DNA of 50,135 nucleotides from Minisyncoccia bacterium (GTDB taxonomy: Bacteria; Patescibacteriota; Minisyncoccia; Phycocordibacterales; Zambryskibacteraceae), in contig JBGTNQ010000002.1 of assembly GCA_041742965.1 (NCBI GenBank), positions 1 to 50,135 on the forward strand, given 5' to 3'. Below, piece after piece: positions 36,004-46,740 of the stretch; the first letter of the stretch is position 1; each line of letters opens with the position of its first letter. The notes below the pieces were generated by a model that saw only the letters and a program-made list of their open reading frames with translations, did not search any database and was not told the origin of the DNA. The translations under genes were made by a program, and so were the position numbers.

Positions 36004-37159
36004 AAACAATATTTTAAATGAAAAGAAGGTTGTATTTTTAAGTTCTTTTTCTTATCCATCTACCTTCGCCCACCCAACACATGGTCTCCATACGGCAAGG
36101 GGTTTTTCTAAAATTTTAGGAGAAAAATTTATTTTTGTCGTTAACTATGTAGAAGATAAAAAGATACTAGAGGGGATAAATTTTTACGAATCTTTTCCAA
36201 AACTTGGAAAACTGTTGACTAAATTACACCTAAGAACCCCAGCTTATTTTTTCTGGACAACATTCTTCTTAATCCCTTTTTTAAAAGGAAGAAAAAGAAA
36301 GGTTTGGTTTTTTTTGAATGATCCAAGACTTGCTTCCATAACAATAATATTAAAATCAATATTTAATCTCGGTATTATTTTTGAGTCTCACGGTTTTTAT
36401 AATAGATTCTATCGTTTTGTCATATTCAATTTTGCAGACAAATTCGTATTTGTTACTAACGGTCTGAGAACAAAAATTAATAATCTTCATAAAAATACTA
36501 GATCCAAATCTGTTGTTTTATCTAACGCGGTTGATATAGATAGATTTAATAATGTGGTGGACGATAAATCTGTTCTTAGAAAACAGCTGTCTTTACCAGA
36601 AGAAAAAATTATAGTTGGTTATGTTGGAAGGTTAAAACCTCTTGGCTTAGAAAAGGGAGCGAAGAATCTTATTTCCGCACTTCAATATTTACCAGAAAAA
36701 TATATTTTGTGCTGTGTTGGTGGTTCTGGTGATGAAATAATTGAATATAGTGTGATTGCAAAAGATAAGAAGTTAGAGAGCAGAGTTATCTTTATTCCTT
36801 ATGTAGATACTGACTTGGTTCCTGTATATTGCAAATCTTTTGATGTCCTCGCCTATGTTCCTCCTGGAGATAATGTCTTTTTTGAAGAAGAAACTTCTCC
36901 AATGAAGTTGTTTGAATACATGGCATCAAAAAGACCGATTATTGTTTCTGACATCAATACAACCAGAGAAATTCTTGATGAATCGTGTGCTTTTTTTGTT
37001 TCATCAATACCTACTGATAAAGAAATAGCTGATGTGATTGTTGAAATTACATCTAATCAAGTCGTTTTAGCAGAAAAAATTCAAGAATCTTTTAAACGTG
37101 TTAGTCTTAATACTTGGGTGAATAGGGCAAAAAATATAGATATTTTCCTAGAAAGTTGA
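35984..37159 (+). CDS. GT4-family glycosyltransferase
   Basis: 391 aa with VGYVGRLKP...EETSPMKLFEYMASKRPIIVSD. Confidence 0.75.
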   Translation: MSMRLSKNNILNEKKVVFLSSFSYPSTFAHPTHGLHTARGFSKILGEKFIFVVNYVEDKKILEGINFYESFPKLGKLLTKLHLRTPAYFFWTTFFLIPFLKGRKRKVWFFLNDPRLASITIILKSIFNLGIIFESHGFYNRFYRFVIFNFADKFVFVTNGLRTKINNLHKNTRSKSVVLSNAVDIDRFNNVVDDKSVLRKQLSLPEEKIIVGYVGRLKPLGLEKGAKNLISALQYLPEKYILCCVGGSGDEIIEYSVIAKDKKLESRVIFIPYVDTDLVPVYCKSFDVLAYVPPGDNVFFEEETSPMKLFEYMASKRPIIVSDINTTREILDESCAFFVSSIPTDKEIADVIVEITSNQVVLAEKIQESFKRVSLNTWVNRAKNIDIFLES

Positions 37160-37165
37160 ATAAAA

Positions 37166-38533
37166 ATGTCGTCCGTCAACTCAAATTCCAATCAAAACTT
37201 TTTAAGCTCCTTTTTAAGGGGGAGTGTAATACTTGTGTCTGGTAATTTTTTTACAAAAATTATTATTGTATTGACTACAGTAGTCGTATTGCGTTTTGTT
37301 AATGTTTTTGATTATGGTCTTTGGCAATTGGTTTTGAGTGTCATTGGTTTTTTCACGATATTAGTTTTGCCAGGTATTGAAGATTTGTTAATAAACGATG
37401 TGTCTACAGAGCTTGGAAATAATAAAGCAAACGCTGGTAAACAGATTCTGAAAAGATCAAGCATAATAATTATTATTCTCGGTATTTTTTCTGGAATCGT
37501 TCTTTACTTTTTTGCTCCTTATATTGCTTTGATAACAAAGGTTAATTTAACCGATATACTTAGAGTTACAGCTTGGTACTTTCCACTTCATGCTGTTCAG
37601 CGTGTTTATACTCTTACTTTCTTCTCGCACCAAAAATTTTTATTAGCGCAAATAACAACAACTTTATCCAGGCTTTCTTATCTTGCCGTGGTTGTCATCG
37701 GTTTATTTATTTGGCAAGTGGGAGTAATGTCTTTGGCGTACGCTTTTGTACTATCAGTATTGGTTTCCCTTATTGCATTATTTCCTTGGTTTTTGCCTTC
37801 TGCTATCTCTATTTTTGAAAGTGAAAGTTCTGATATAGATAACTTTTCTTTTTGGGGAATGATTAGGAGGCATGGTAAATGGACTTTGGCTAATGATTAT
37901 TTTAATAACTTTGTTTCGTCTATCCGGCCATGGATCATAGGTTACTTTTTAGGTATTGAATGGGTGGCTATAATATCTGTTGCGGTGGCTTTGTTTGGTG
38001 AAATTGCGACAATTTTCCCTTTGAGCACCATTCTTGCCCCAATAGTTCCAAGGCATGTAGGAGATAAAGATAAGTTCCAGAGGATATTTCATAAGGGAAT
38101 CATTTATTCCGTCTGGTTTTATACACTTATTGCGATATGTGGCTTTATTGCGTCTCCGTATCTAATATCATTATTATTTCCGCAATATATTTCTTCTGTG
38201 CTTTATTTTCAGATTATGCTTCTGGCACTACCATTATCTCCGGTTGTCACAATTGTTACCAGAATATTTTTTGCAGTTAAAAATCAAAAAGATCTTTTCT
38301 TGTCTGGTATTATACCGAGGTTGTCTGGTACCTTGATCATACTTCCCATACTCTCATTGTTTTTTGGACCAATTGGAGTAGCTATTGAACGTGTGATTAC
38401 CGCCACAATGCTTGCAAAATTTAAATTAAAATCTTTGCTTAAGTCTGGGGCAGTTTTGCCCTTTTCACCAAAAGATTTTTTTACTTTCAACAAGGATGAC
38501 AAAGACTTTGTACGGAGGATTGTGAGCTTTTGA
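37166..38533 (+). CDS. Wzx-like polysaccharide flippase (MOP superfamily)
   Basis: 455 aa, roughly 12-14 TM segments, located inside the glycan cluster. Confidence 0.65.
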   Translation: MSSVNSNSNQNFLSSFLRGSVILVSGNFFTKIIIVLTTVVVLRFVNVFDYGLWQLVLSVIGFFTILVLPGIEDLLINDVSTELGNNKANAGKQILKRSSIIIIILGIFSGIVLYFFAPYIALITKVNLTDILRVTAWYFPLHAVQRVYTLTFFSHQKFLLAQITTTLSRLSYLAVVVIGLFIWQVGVMSLAYAFVLSVLVSLIALFPWFLPSAISIFESESSDIDNFSFWGMIRRHGKWTLANDYFNNFVSSIRPWIIGYFLGIEWVAIISVAVALFGEIATIFPLSTILAPIVPRHVGDKDKFQRIFHKGIIYSVWFYTLIAICGFIASPYLISLLFPQYISSVLYFQIMLLALPLSPVVTIVTRIFFAVKNQKDLFLSGIIPRLSGTLIILPILSLFFGPIGVAIERVITATMLAKFKLKSLLKSGAVLPFSPKDFFTFNKDDKDFVRRIVSF

Positions 38534-38559
38534 ACCAGGCTGTCTTATAGAAAAATAAA

Positions 38560-39414
38560 ATGAAAAATAAGAAAAAACTTTTTACCATGCTAATTTGTCC
38601 AAACTGTAAATCAGACTTTAAGACTACGGATAATGGGTTGCATTGTGTTTTGTGCGTTAGAACCTTTGAGATTATTGGTGGCAAGCCGTTTTTTGTTGCT
38701 CCTCCGAAAAATATTACAGTTAATTTAAAAGGTGACAATTACAATTCTTGGAGCACTTGGAGGAAAGAAAATTATATTTTTTTTGATAAAGAGTTATCAA
38801 AAGACCCTGAAGATACTAATGTTTTGGATCTTGGTGCTGGTCCAGTTCAGTTTAGAAAAATTTTTAATAAATTTGACAACTATGTTGCGTTAGATTTTTA
38901 TCCATATGAACTTGTAGATGTTGTAACTGATATAAACAAAAATTTGCCATTTAAAGATTCTAGTTTTGATGTTGTTGTGTTGTCTAATGTGTTAGAACAC
39001 GTCCCAGAACCCGGTTTAATTATTTCGGAGTGTCATAGGGTTTTAAGGCCGGGGGGTAAGATTGTCTTAACAATTCCATTTTTGATGAGAATACATCAAG
39101 CTCCTTATGATTATAATAGGTTCACTTCATATAAGTTGGAATTATTATTAAAAGAGGCAGGATTTAATTCAATTTCTATAGATAGTTTAGATTCTACCTA
39201 TAATCTTTATTCCATGATGCGGGGACATTTTTTTGATGTTTTGTTTAAAACAAAGTTTTCAGATAATAAAGTCTTAAACTTTTTATATAAAAATATTGCA
39301 AAAATATTGCAAAAGATTTTTATTATTATACATTTTATTTTTAGGCCGATTCTATCAAAGGCGGGAAAGACGAAGGACTTTACTAGTGGATACGGCATTG
39401 TTTCAAAGAAATAA
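38560..39414 (+). CDS. SAM-dependent methyltransferase with an N-terminal Trm112-like zinc ribbon
   Basis: CPNCKSDF...LHCVLC is followed by VLDLGAGP and VVLSNVLEHV..LRPGGKIVLTIP. Confidence 0.7.
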   Translation: MKNKKKLFTMLICPNCKSDFKTTDNGLHCVLCVRTFEIIGGKPFFVAPPKNITVNLKGDNYNSWSTWRKENYIFFDKELSKDPEDTNVLDLGAGPVQFRKIFNKFDNYVALDFYPYELVDVVTDINKNLPFKDSSFDVVVLSNVLEHVPEPGLIISECHRVLRPGGKIVLTIPFLMRIHQAPYDYNRFTSYKLELLLKEAGFNSISIDSLDSTYNLYSMMRGHFFDVLFKTKFSDNKVLNFLYKNIAKILQKIFIIIHFIFRPILSKAGKTKDFTSGYGIVSKK

Positions 39415-39421
39415 AATCTTT

Positions 39422-40285
39422 ATGACCATAAAGTCTATATTACACAGATTAAATACCCCCCTCCAACTATTTTCAAGAGAAGATATCGGTGTAAGGGAAA
39501 AAGTAAAATTAATTTTATCTTTTATAAAAATCCTAATCCTAAATCGGCTTTTCAAAAGGAGTCGTGTTGTAAAGTTTTTAAATTATAAAGTTGAATTTTT
39601 GTCACAGTCAAATTTAGAGGGCATCTTAGAGGAAATATTCCTTCGTGGAGATTATTCTATAAATTTAAGAAATAATTCGCCTGTTATTGTAGATTGTGGA
39701 GGGAATATTGGTGTATCAGTGATATTTTTCAAGCATTATTATCCTGATTCAAAAATAACTGTTTTCGAGGCATCTAAAAAGACTTTCGACATATTAAAGA
39801 GGAACGTTGAAATAAACTCTTTAAAGGATGTTAGCTTTTTAAATGTTGCTGTTGCTGATAGAAAGGGGAAAATTGATTTTTGGGACAATGTAAAAAACCC
39901 TGGCGGTTCAACTTCTTCCGAAGAGGTTTATTATTCAAAAAGTATTTCAAATGAATATGTTAAGGAAACGGTCAGTTCTGAACTTCTTTCAGATTATATT
40001 AATGGCAGGGTTGATCTCCTGAAAATAGATATTGAAGGAGGAGAGGGGCTTGTTATACGTGATCTTGATTCAAAAGATAAGCTAAATAATATTAGAGAAA
40101 TAATCTTTGAATATCACTATGATTTAAATAATAATCAAAATAATTTTACGGAAATTATCAAAATCTTAGAAAAAAATAAATTTAAAATAATTATATTTAA
40201 TAATGAGTTTGGTTTTTCAAGCGAATTATTAAAAAAACGTCAATCCTACCACTTTATGGTTCGGGCGCATAAAGATGATAAATAG
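39422..40285 (+). CDS. FkbM-family methyltransferase
   Basis: VVDCGGNIGVS...LLKIDIEGGEGLV. The start is trimmed to ATG 39422 to remove the overlap with the previous gene. Confidence 0.7.
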   Translation: MTIKSILHRLNTPLQLFSREDIGVREKVKLILSFIKILILNRLFKRSRVVKFLNYKVEFLSQSNLEGILEEIFLRGDYSINLRNNSPVIVDCGGNIGVSVIFFKHYYPDSKITVFEASKKTFDILKRNVEINSLKDVSFLNVAVADRKGKIDFWDNVKNPGGSTSSEEVYYSKSISNEYVKETVSSELLSDYINGRVDLLKIDIEGGEGLVIRDLDSKDKLNNIREIIFEYHYDLNNNQNNFTEIIKILEKNKFKIIIFNNEFGFSSELLKKRQSYHFMVRAHKDDK

Positions 40286-40291
40286 CTATAT

Positions 40292-41680
40292 ATGAAAGTA
40301 ATATTTGTGACGATATATGACGGTGATACAGAGAAGGTTATTTTACGTTCTGGCATTTTAGATTATTTTAAAAAAAGTGGCAATAAGATAATTGTGCTTG
40401 TGCGAGTTGGTAAAGATGAAAAAAGATTAAGGTACTACAAAGATAATTTTGAATCAGAAAACGTTACTGTTGATGTGTTACCCAATGCTATGAGTAAGTT
40501 GGAGGGCTATCTCTACTATTTTTCTTGGAATACATTACCTACAATATCTTCTCGTGTTAAAAGAAGGGACCTTTATTTAAGGCATAAAAATTTTATTCGC
40601 TATTCAATTGAATCTTTCTTGGGTTTTTTGGGTAAATTTAAATTTTGGCGTGAGTTTGTTAGGATTGTTTATTTTTACATACCGGATTCGTATGCAAGCG
40701 GTCTTTTTGAAAAGTACAAGCCCGATCTTGTTTTTGCGCCGACGATGTTTTCAGCTGAGGACTGCCGGTTGCTCCGCGCGGCTAGAAAAAGAAAAATAAA
40801 AACAATAACTATGGCAAAAAGTTGGGATGTTCCGACTACGAGAGGCTTTACTCGTGTTAAAGCAGATAGAATACTTGTGTTTAATGAGATAAATAAAGAA
40901 GAGATTGTGAATATTGGAGACTATGAATCAGATAAAGTTTTTCCAGTAGGGTTTCCTCAATTTGATAAGTATTTGGAAAAAAGTTTATATTTGTCTAAAG
41001 AGGATTTTTTCAAAAAAATTGGAGCAGATTTAAATAAAGAGCTTGTTTTATTTGCTGTTCCTGGGGACTTCAAGAACCCTTATTCTCATGAGATCCTATT
41101 AGAACTTGAATCTGCTATAGAGTCAGGTAGATTTGTAAAACCAGTTCAGATTCTCGCTCGCTTTCATCCAAAGTATCCATCGAAAGGAGAAAATTTAAAA
41201 GATCTAAGGCATATAATTTTAGATCGTCCGGGAACGTATTTCTCAAAAGATATGGAAAAGGCCATAGACGCTCCAGCAGAAACCACATTTCAGTGGACTT
41301 ATACTGATGATGATATTATTCATCTTATAAATTCTATTTATCATAGCGCCGTGGTGATAAATACAGAATCTACTATAACCCTCGATGCAACGGCACTTAA
41401 GAAGCCCGTTGTCCTTGTGGGCTTTGATGGTAATCAAAAACTGGATTATCAACATTCAGTTATTAGAAATTACAAGAGGGAGCATCTTCAAGAGGTGCTT
41501 AAAACTGGAGGGGTTAGATTGTCTGAAAGTTTTGAAGATTTGGTCAAAAATATAAATGATTATCTTAAAAATTCTGAAGCAGATAAGGAGGGCAGGGAAT
41601 TGCTCAGAGACCGTCTTTTGTTTAAGATGGACGGACAGTCTTCTAAACGGGTTGCTGACGGGGTCCTGTCTTTATTGTAG
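40292..41680 (+). CDS. Uncharacterised GT-B-fold polysaccharide biosynthesis enzyme (TagF/KpsS-like, tentative)
   Basis: 462 aa. RFHPKYP and NTESTITLDATALKKPVV are reminiscent of glycerophosphotransferase or capsule-synthesis folds. Confidence 0.35.
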   Translation: MKVIFVTIYDGDTEKVILRSGILDYFKKSGNKIIVLVRVGKDEKRLRYYKDNFESENVTVDVLPNAMSKLEGYLYYFSWNTLPTISSRVKRRDLYLRHKNFIRYSIESFLGFLGKFKFWREFVRIVYFYIPDSYASGLFEKYKPDLVFAPTMFSAEDCRLLRAARKRKIKTITMAKSWDVPTTRGFTRVKADRILVFNEINKEEIVNIGDYESDKVFPVGFPQFDKYLEKSLYLSKEDFFKKIGADLNKELVLFAVPGDFKNPYSHEILLELESAIESGRFVKPVQILARFHPKYPSKGENLKDLRHIILDRPGTYFSKDMEKAIDAPAETTFQWTYTDDDIIHLINSIYHSAVVINTESTITLDATALKKPVVLVGFDGNQKLDYQHSVIRNYKREHLQEVLKTGGVRLSESFEDLVKNINDYLKNSEADKEGRELLRDRLLFKMDGQSSKRVADGVLSLL

Positions 41681-41688
41681 AAAAATAA

Positions 41689-42681
41689 ATGCATCTAAAT
41701 AACCTAAATATTCTATATGTTTACGAGGAAAGAATTCCAAAAGATTTGCAAAAATTAGTCCTGGATCATATTTCAATTGATAACTTTACAGTGGATTCAA
41801 TGACGTATTTGACGACAGATGATGAGAAGAAAAAAAAATTGGAATGGGCTGATGTAGTTTTATTTGCTCCAGGAAGATTTTTGTCTGAAGAAGTAATAGC
41901 CCACGCTAAAAATGTAAAACTGATGCAACTTTGGAGTTCTGGTTATGACAAATTTAATGTCGAATCGTGTACAAAGTATGGCATACCTGTAGCTAATAAT
42001 GGTGGCGCAAATGCATGCTCTGTTGCTGAACACGCGGTTCTGTTAATGCTGGCTACTTACAAAAAGTTGCCAGATAGCCACAAAAGAACCGTAGATGGTA
42101 AATGGGCTGGCAATAGTCACGGAATGGACATGTTTTTGGTTAATGGAAAGAAGGTGGGAATTTTGGGTTTTGGGAATATAGGTAAACAAGTAGCCGAGAA
42201 AGTTTCAGGTTTTGGTGTTGAGGTAATGTACCACGACATAAACCGACTTGATGCAGAAACAGAGAGCAGACTAAAGGCACGATATGTTGGCTTTGATGAG
42301 TTAATATTAGAATCTGATATTTTGACTCTACATTTGCATCATAATAATGACACCAACAATATTATTAGTGAGGAGGTAATGTCTAAAATGAAAAAAACCG
42401 CCATTCTTGTTAATGTTTCTAGGGCGGGACTTGTTGACCAAAAGGCCTTGGAAAAAGCTTTAAAAAATGGCCAATTGCACGGGGCTGGTTTAGACGTTTA
42501 TTTGGAAGAGCCAACCAAGCCAGAAGACCCACTGCTTACATTGCCAAATGTTGTTGCTACCCCTCATATTGCCGGTTCTACTCGCGATACTTACAATGAG
42601 GTTATGAAGAGGGTGGTAGATAATTTTAAGAGGGTTAGTGAGGGCGAGAACCCTTTATGGGTTATTAATAAAAAGGAATAA
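41689..42681 (+). CDS. D-isomer-specific 2-hydroxyacid dehydrogenase family (NAD-binding)
   Basis: GILGFGNIGKQVA, VNVSRAGLVD and ATPHIAGST. Confidence 0.8.
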   Translation: MHLNNLNILYVYEERIPKDLQKLVLDHISIDNFTVDSMTYLTTDDEKKKKLEWADVVLFAPGRFLSEEVIAHAKNVKLMQLWSSGYDKFNVESCTKYGIPVANNGGANACSVAEHAVLLMLATYKKLPDSHKRTVDGKWAGNSHGMDMFLVNGKKVGILGFGNIGKQVAEKVSGFGVEVMYHDINRLDAETESRLKARYVGFDELILESDILTLHLHHNNDTNNIISEEVMSKMKKTAILVNVSRAGLVDQKALEKALKNGQLHGAGLDVYLEEPTKPEDPLLTLPNVVATPHIAGSTRDTYNEVMKRVVDNFKRVSEGENPLWVINKKE

Positions 42682-43691
42682 TGCATTTTAAATTTTTAGA
42701 TCAAGAGCCGTTTAAGAAGTGTCTCTCAAAAGACCCATTGTTTCTTGTTGATGTCGGCTCTTCTGGTGGAACGAAGTTTCCTTGGGGCGAGATAAAACAA
42801 TTTTTAAAAATTGTCGATTTTGAACCAAATACAACTGGAGACTTATCAGAAACAGAAAAAAAAGATGTTTCTGATAATGTGGTTTTTACTGGAAGCGTTG
42901 CCTTGTCCGATCGCAGGGGAGACGAAACACTTTTTGTAACTAAACATCCAGATAACTCCTCTCTTCTAGAGCCAAACATTCTTTTTATGGAACAGTTTGC
43001 CGTTTCTGATAGGTATATTGTTTCAGAAAAAATAAGTGTTTCTGTAGATACGCTTGATAACCAACTTAATCTGGTAAATATAAACGAAGTTGATTTTATA
43101 AAAATAGATACACAAGGAAGTGAACTGTCTGTTCTAAAGGGCAGTCAATTTTTTTTAGATAAAGTACTTGGGGTTGAGGTTGAGGTAAATTTTTCAGATA
43201 GATACAACAGACAATGCTATTTTTCTGAAGTAGATGAATTTCTTCGTAAAAATGGATTTATCCTTTTTGATTTGGAGAGAAGGTATTTTAAGAGAAAAAA
43301 TGGTTTAAGTTTGGGTGGTCCGAAGGGTCAGATGACACACGGCAACGCACTATACTTAAAGGCAACCAACTATTTTGAAAAAATAATTCAAAGAGATGAT
43401 TCTTATCTAAATAGTCTAATTAAGATTATTTCTTTGTCTTTACTGTATGGATATTGTGACTACGCCATGCATATTCTAGAAAAATTCAAAGATCATTTTG
43501 AGAAAGAAGATTATATCTCTATTAAAATGGCTATTAAAAAACACAACAAAGATATTTCTAACTTGTTACCACTATTTCCAGGTAGAGGGGTCTTATATAA
43601 CACCTTTAATTTTATTAAGGAACTATTGAGAATTAATTCTCCGCGTGGTAATTTCGGAGATAAAGGATTGGGAAATTATAGAATTAAATAA
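42681..43691 (+). CDS. FkbM-family methyltransferase
   Basis: LVDVGSSGG...FIKIDTQGSELSVLKG. Confidence 0.7.
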   Translation: MHFKFLDQEPFKKCLSKDPLFLVDVGSSGGTKFPWGEIKQFLKIVDFEPNTTGDLSETEKKDVSDNVVFTGSVALSDRRGDETLFVTKHPDNSSLLEPNILFMEQFAVSDRYIVSEKISVSVDTLDNQLNLVNINEVDFIKIDTQGSELSVLKGSQFFLDKVLGVEVEVNFSDRYNRQCYFSEVDEFLRKNGFILFDLERRYFKRKNGLSLGGPKGQMTHGNALYLKATNYFEKIIQRDDSYLNSLIKIISLSLLYGYCDYAMHILEKFKDHFEKEDYISIKMAIKKHNKDISNLLPLFPGRGVLYNTFNFIKELLRINSPRGNFGDKGLGNYRIK

Positions 43692-44429
43692 ATGAAAAAA
43701 ATTCTCGCTATTATACCCGCCAGAGGCGGATCCAAGGGGGTTCCAAGAAAAAATATTAAAAATCTTGCTGGTAAACCCCTTCTTGCTTGGACAATAGAGG
43801 AAGCAAAAAAATCAAAATTCATCGACCGGATTATCGTATCAACCGAAGATGAGGAAATTGCTCAGATTGCAAAAAAATATGGAGCAGAAGTGCCTTTTAT
43901 GAGACCGCAGGAGTTGGCCAAAGACTTATCTTTAGATATTGATTTTTTGATTCATGCACTAGATTGGTTGGATCAAAACGAATCATATACTCCGGACATA
44001 GTTCTTAGATTACCGCCAACCTCTCCTTTGAGAAGGGTTGAACACATTGACGAAGGCATAATGAAGCTTTTAGATACTCCAGAAGCTCATTCTGTACGTT
44101 CGATAACCAAAGCTAATCGACATCCTTTTAAACACTGGAAAATATCTCCAGACGGTAAATTTATAGAACCATTTTTGCCTAAAGAAGTCACAGGGTTCGA
44201 TCAGCCACACGTTATGCCTCGCCAGTTGTTGCCGGATGCTTATATCCAAACTGGAGCAGTGGATGTTGTGTGGGAGGATGTTCTACGCAAATATAATTCT
44301 CCGGTAGGAGAAAAAACTACTTATTTTATGATGGATCAAGATGACTCGGTGAACATTGACTATCCGGAAGATTTTGAACTTGCTGAAATTATCCTTAACA
44401 GAAGAAGTGGAGGTGATTTTAAATTTTAA
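43692..44429 (+). CDS. CMP-nonulosonic acid synthetase (acylneuraminate cytidylyltransferase family)
   Basis: ILAIIPARGGSKGVPRKNIKNLAGKPLLAWTI is the CTP_transf_3 signature. Confidence 0.8.
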   Translation: MKKILAIIPARGGSKGVPRKNIKNLAGKPLLAWTIEEAKKSKFIDRIIVSTEDEEIAQIAKKYGAEVPFMRPQELAKDLSLDIDFLIHALDWLDQNESYTPDIVLRLPPTSPLRRVEHIDEGIMKLLDTPEAHSVRSITKANRHPFKHWKISPDGKFIEPFLPKEVTGFDQPHVMPRQLLPDAYIQTGAVDVVWEDVLRKYNSPVGEKTTYFMMDQDDSVNIDYPEDFELAEIILNRRSGGDFKF

Positions 44430-44458
44430 GTGATTACCTGTATACTAGCCATAATATT

Positions 44459-46024
44459 ATGAATAAACCCCAAGTAAAAGACAGAGTCAATTATTTCGAT
44501 TTCAACAACCTTTTCACTTTTGAGATGGCTAATAATCATCAGGGTTCTATTGATCACGGAAAGAAAATTGTGGCCGAGATGGCGAGTATATCTAAGGAAT
44601 TTGGTATTCGTTCAGTAGTGAAAATTCAACTCAGAGACTTGGATACTTTCATTCATCCAGATTTTAAAAATAATAAAGAAGCAAAACATATTCCTCGTTT
44701 TTTATCCACACGTCTTTCAAAAGATGAATTTAAGGTCTTAGTGAAAGAGATAAAGTCTAAGGAGCTTCTGAGTATGGCTACTCCATTTGATGAAGCTTCT
44801 GTTGACTTTGCGCTTGATTTGGAAGTCGATATTTTAAAAGTTGCAAGTTGCAGTGCCCAAGACTGGCCTCTTTTAGAAAAAATTTCTAACACCGGCAAAC
44901 CGGTAATTGTTTCAGTTGGCGGACTCACAATAAAAGAAGTTGATAAGGTTGTGAGTTTTTTTGAACACCGGGGTGTAGATTTTGCAATAATGCATTGCAT
45001 TGCTATATATCCAACACCTCTTGAGAAATTACATCTGAATCAAATAGAGATGATGAAAAATCGCTACCCTAATTTAGTTGTTGGATTTTCAACTCATGAG
45101 TCACCAGACAATACAGATATTATAGGTTTGGCTTATGCCAAGGGAGCAAGAATTTTTGAAAAGCATGTTGGAATTGAAACAGATGATATAAAACTAAACT
45201 CTTATTCCGCCAACCCAGCCCAAGTCAGAAAGTGGATAAAGTCCTATCTGGATGCCGTTTCGATTTGCGGTTCAGAATCATCTTACCGAATTATAGATCA
45301 GGAAGAGATGAAAGATCTCCAGTCACTCAAAAGGGGTGTTTTCGCTAAAAAAACAATAAAAAAAGGACAACCCATTAGCTCAGAAGACGTTTTCTTTGCT
45401 ATGCCCATAACATCAGAAAATCAATTAGAAAGTGGCAGGTTTAAGGAGGGTATTATTGCTGATAAAGAATATTCTACAAATGAAGCAATACTAAAAAATA
45501 TTTATCCTGACAAAATTGGCAAAAAAGATATTATTTATAATGCAGTAAGGGAAGCGAAGGCTTTGCTAAACATGGCAAAAATACCAATAAGCCATGACTT
45601 TGTTGTAGAAGTTTCTCATCACTATGGTTTAGAAAATTTTGATAAAGTCGGTTGCATTATATTGGATTGTATTAATAGGGAATACGCTCGTAAACTCATA
45701 ATTCAATTTCCAGGACAATTTCATCCTGTTCACTATCACAAAGTAAAAGACGAAAGTTTTCATGTTTTGAGTGGATCAATGGAGGCTGATATAGAAGGAA
45801 AGAAAAAGATGCTTTCCCCGGGAGATACTATATGGGTTCCGAGAGGAGTTTGGCACAGCTTTAAAACAGATACGGGGGTTATATTTGAAGAAATATCAAC
45901 AACTAGTCTTGAGACTATGGGGGACTCTTTTTATATAGACAAAGACATATCATCAATGTCGCGTGAAAAAAGAAAAACTCGTCTGCTGAATTGGGGGAGA
46001 CATCAGTTTGACGAGAACGAATAG
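44459..46024 (+). CDS. Nonulosonic acid synthase (NeuB family with SAF domain) fused to a C-terminal cupin domain
   Basis: NeuB-like FEMANNHQGS...KVASCS...GFSTHE, a SAF-like middle region, and a cupin motif HPVHYHKVKDESFHVLSGS...GDTIWVPRGVWHSF. Confidence 0.7.
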   Translation: MNKPQVKDRVNYFDFNNLFTFEMANNHQGSIDHGKKIVAEMASISKEFGIRSVVKIQLRDLDTFIHPDFKNNKEAKHIPRFLSTRLSKDEFKVLVKEIKSKELLSMATPFDEASVDFALDLEVDILKVASCSAQDWPLLEKISNTGKPVIVSVGGLTIKEVDKVVSFFEHRGVDFAIMHCIAIYPTPLEKLHLNQIEMMKNRYPNLVVGFSTHESPDNTDIIGLAYAKGARIFEKHVGIETDDIKLNSYSANPAQVRKWIKSYLDAVSICGSESSYRIIDQEEMKDLQSLKRGVFAKKTIKKGQPISSEDVFFAMPITSENQLESGRFKEGIIADKEYSTNEAILKNIYPDKIGKKDIIYNAVREAKALLNMAKIPISHDFVVEVSHHYGLENFDKVGCIILDCINREYARKLIIQFPGQFHPVHYHKVKDESFHVLSGSMEADIEGKKKMLSPGDTIWVPRGVWHSFKTDTGVIFEEISTTSLETMGDSFYIDKDISSMSREKRKTRLLNWGRHQFDENE

Positions 46025-46028
46025 TCTT

Positions 46029-46691
46029 ATGAAATTTAACAATCGCCTTAAAATCAAAGCGATTGTTTTTGACTTCGATAATGTAATTGTTCGTAGTTCA
46101 GAAAAAATAAAAAAAGACGCTTGGGGCGATATTTTTAAAAAAGATAATGAGAAAATTGCTCTAAAGAGGGCCCTGAAAGAATTTGGTTATGGAAAGGGAG
46201 ATAGAACAGATATTATTGGGTGTGTAGTCTCTGGGGTTGAGGTTGAGAATAACAAAAATTTAGTCGATCAATATGTTCAGTTATATGGAAAGATTGTCAG
46301 TGATAAAATTTTAGAAAAAGGAATCCATAAAGATGATTTAGACGCGATTGATGTCTTGAGCAAAGAGTATTCTTTATTTGTAAATTCTGCTACCCCCGAA
46401 AAAGAATTAATCAAGCTTTGCAATAGGCTAGGGATAAATCCTTTTTTCAAGGGTATATATGGTAGACCTAATAACAAAGTTGAAAATTTAACCAGAGTTG
46501 CAGAATTTGTTAAATGTAAATCCTCCGAACTTGTATTTGTTGGTGATGGGAGAGGTGATATGTCAGCGGCACAAAATTTCGGGTGTCTTTTTATTGGGGT
46601 TGAGTCTTTGGATAACAGTTGGTCAGATAAACCTGAAATCTTAGTTGAGAATTTACGTCAGGTTTTTGATTTTTTAATTCAAAAAGGTTAG
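46029..46691 (+). CDS. HAD-superfamily phosphatase
   Basis: DxD motif IVFDFDNVIV and motif IV VGDGRGD. I prefer the ATG at 46029 over the TTG at 46008. Confidence 0.7.
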   Translation: MKFNNRLKIKAIVFDFDNVIVRSSEKIKKDAWGDIFKKDNEKIALKRALKEFGYGKGDRTDIIGCVVSGVEVENNKNLVDQYVQLYGKIVSDKILEKGIHKDDLDAIDVLSKEYSLFVNSATPEKELIKLCNRLGINPFFKGIYGRPNNKVENLTRVAEFVKCKSSELVFVGDGRGDMSAAQNFGCLFIGVESLDNSWSDKPEILVENLRQVFDFLIQKG

Positions 46692-46740
46692 ACTCTTTGT
46701 CTATATATTGATCAAAATATTAAGAAATTAAATAAAAATT

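Noticed and set aside
39296-39421. An N-terminal extension of the FkbM methyltransferase ORF that overlaps the previous gene by 119 nt.
   Set aside because: The extension is Arg/Leu-rich and non-conserved-looking. The in-frame ATG at 39422 directly follows the upstream stop.
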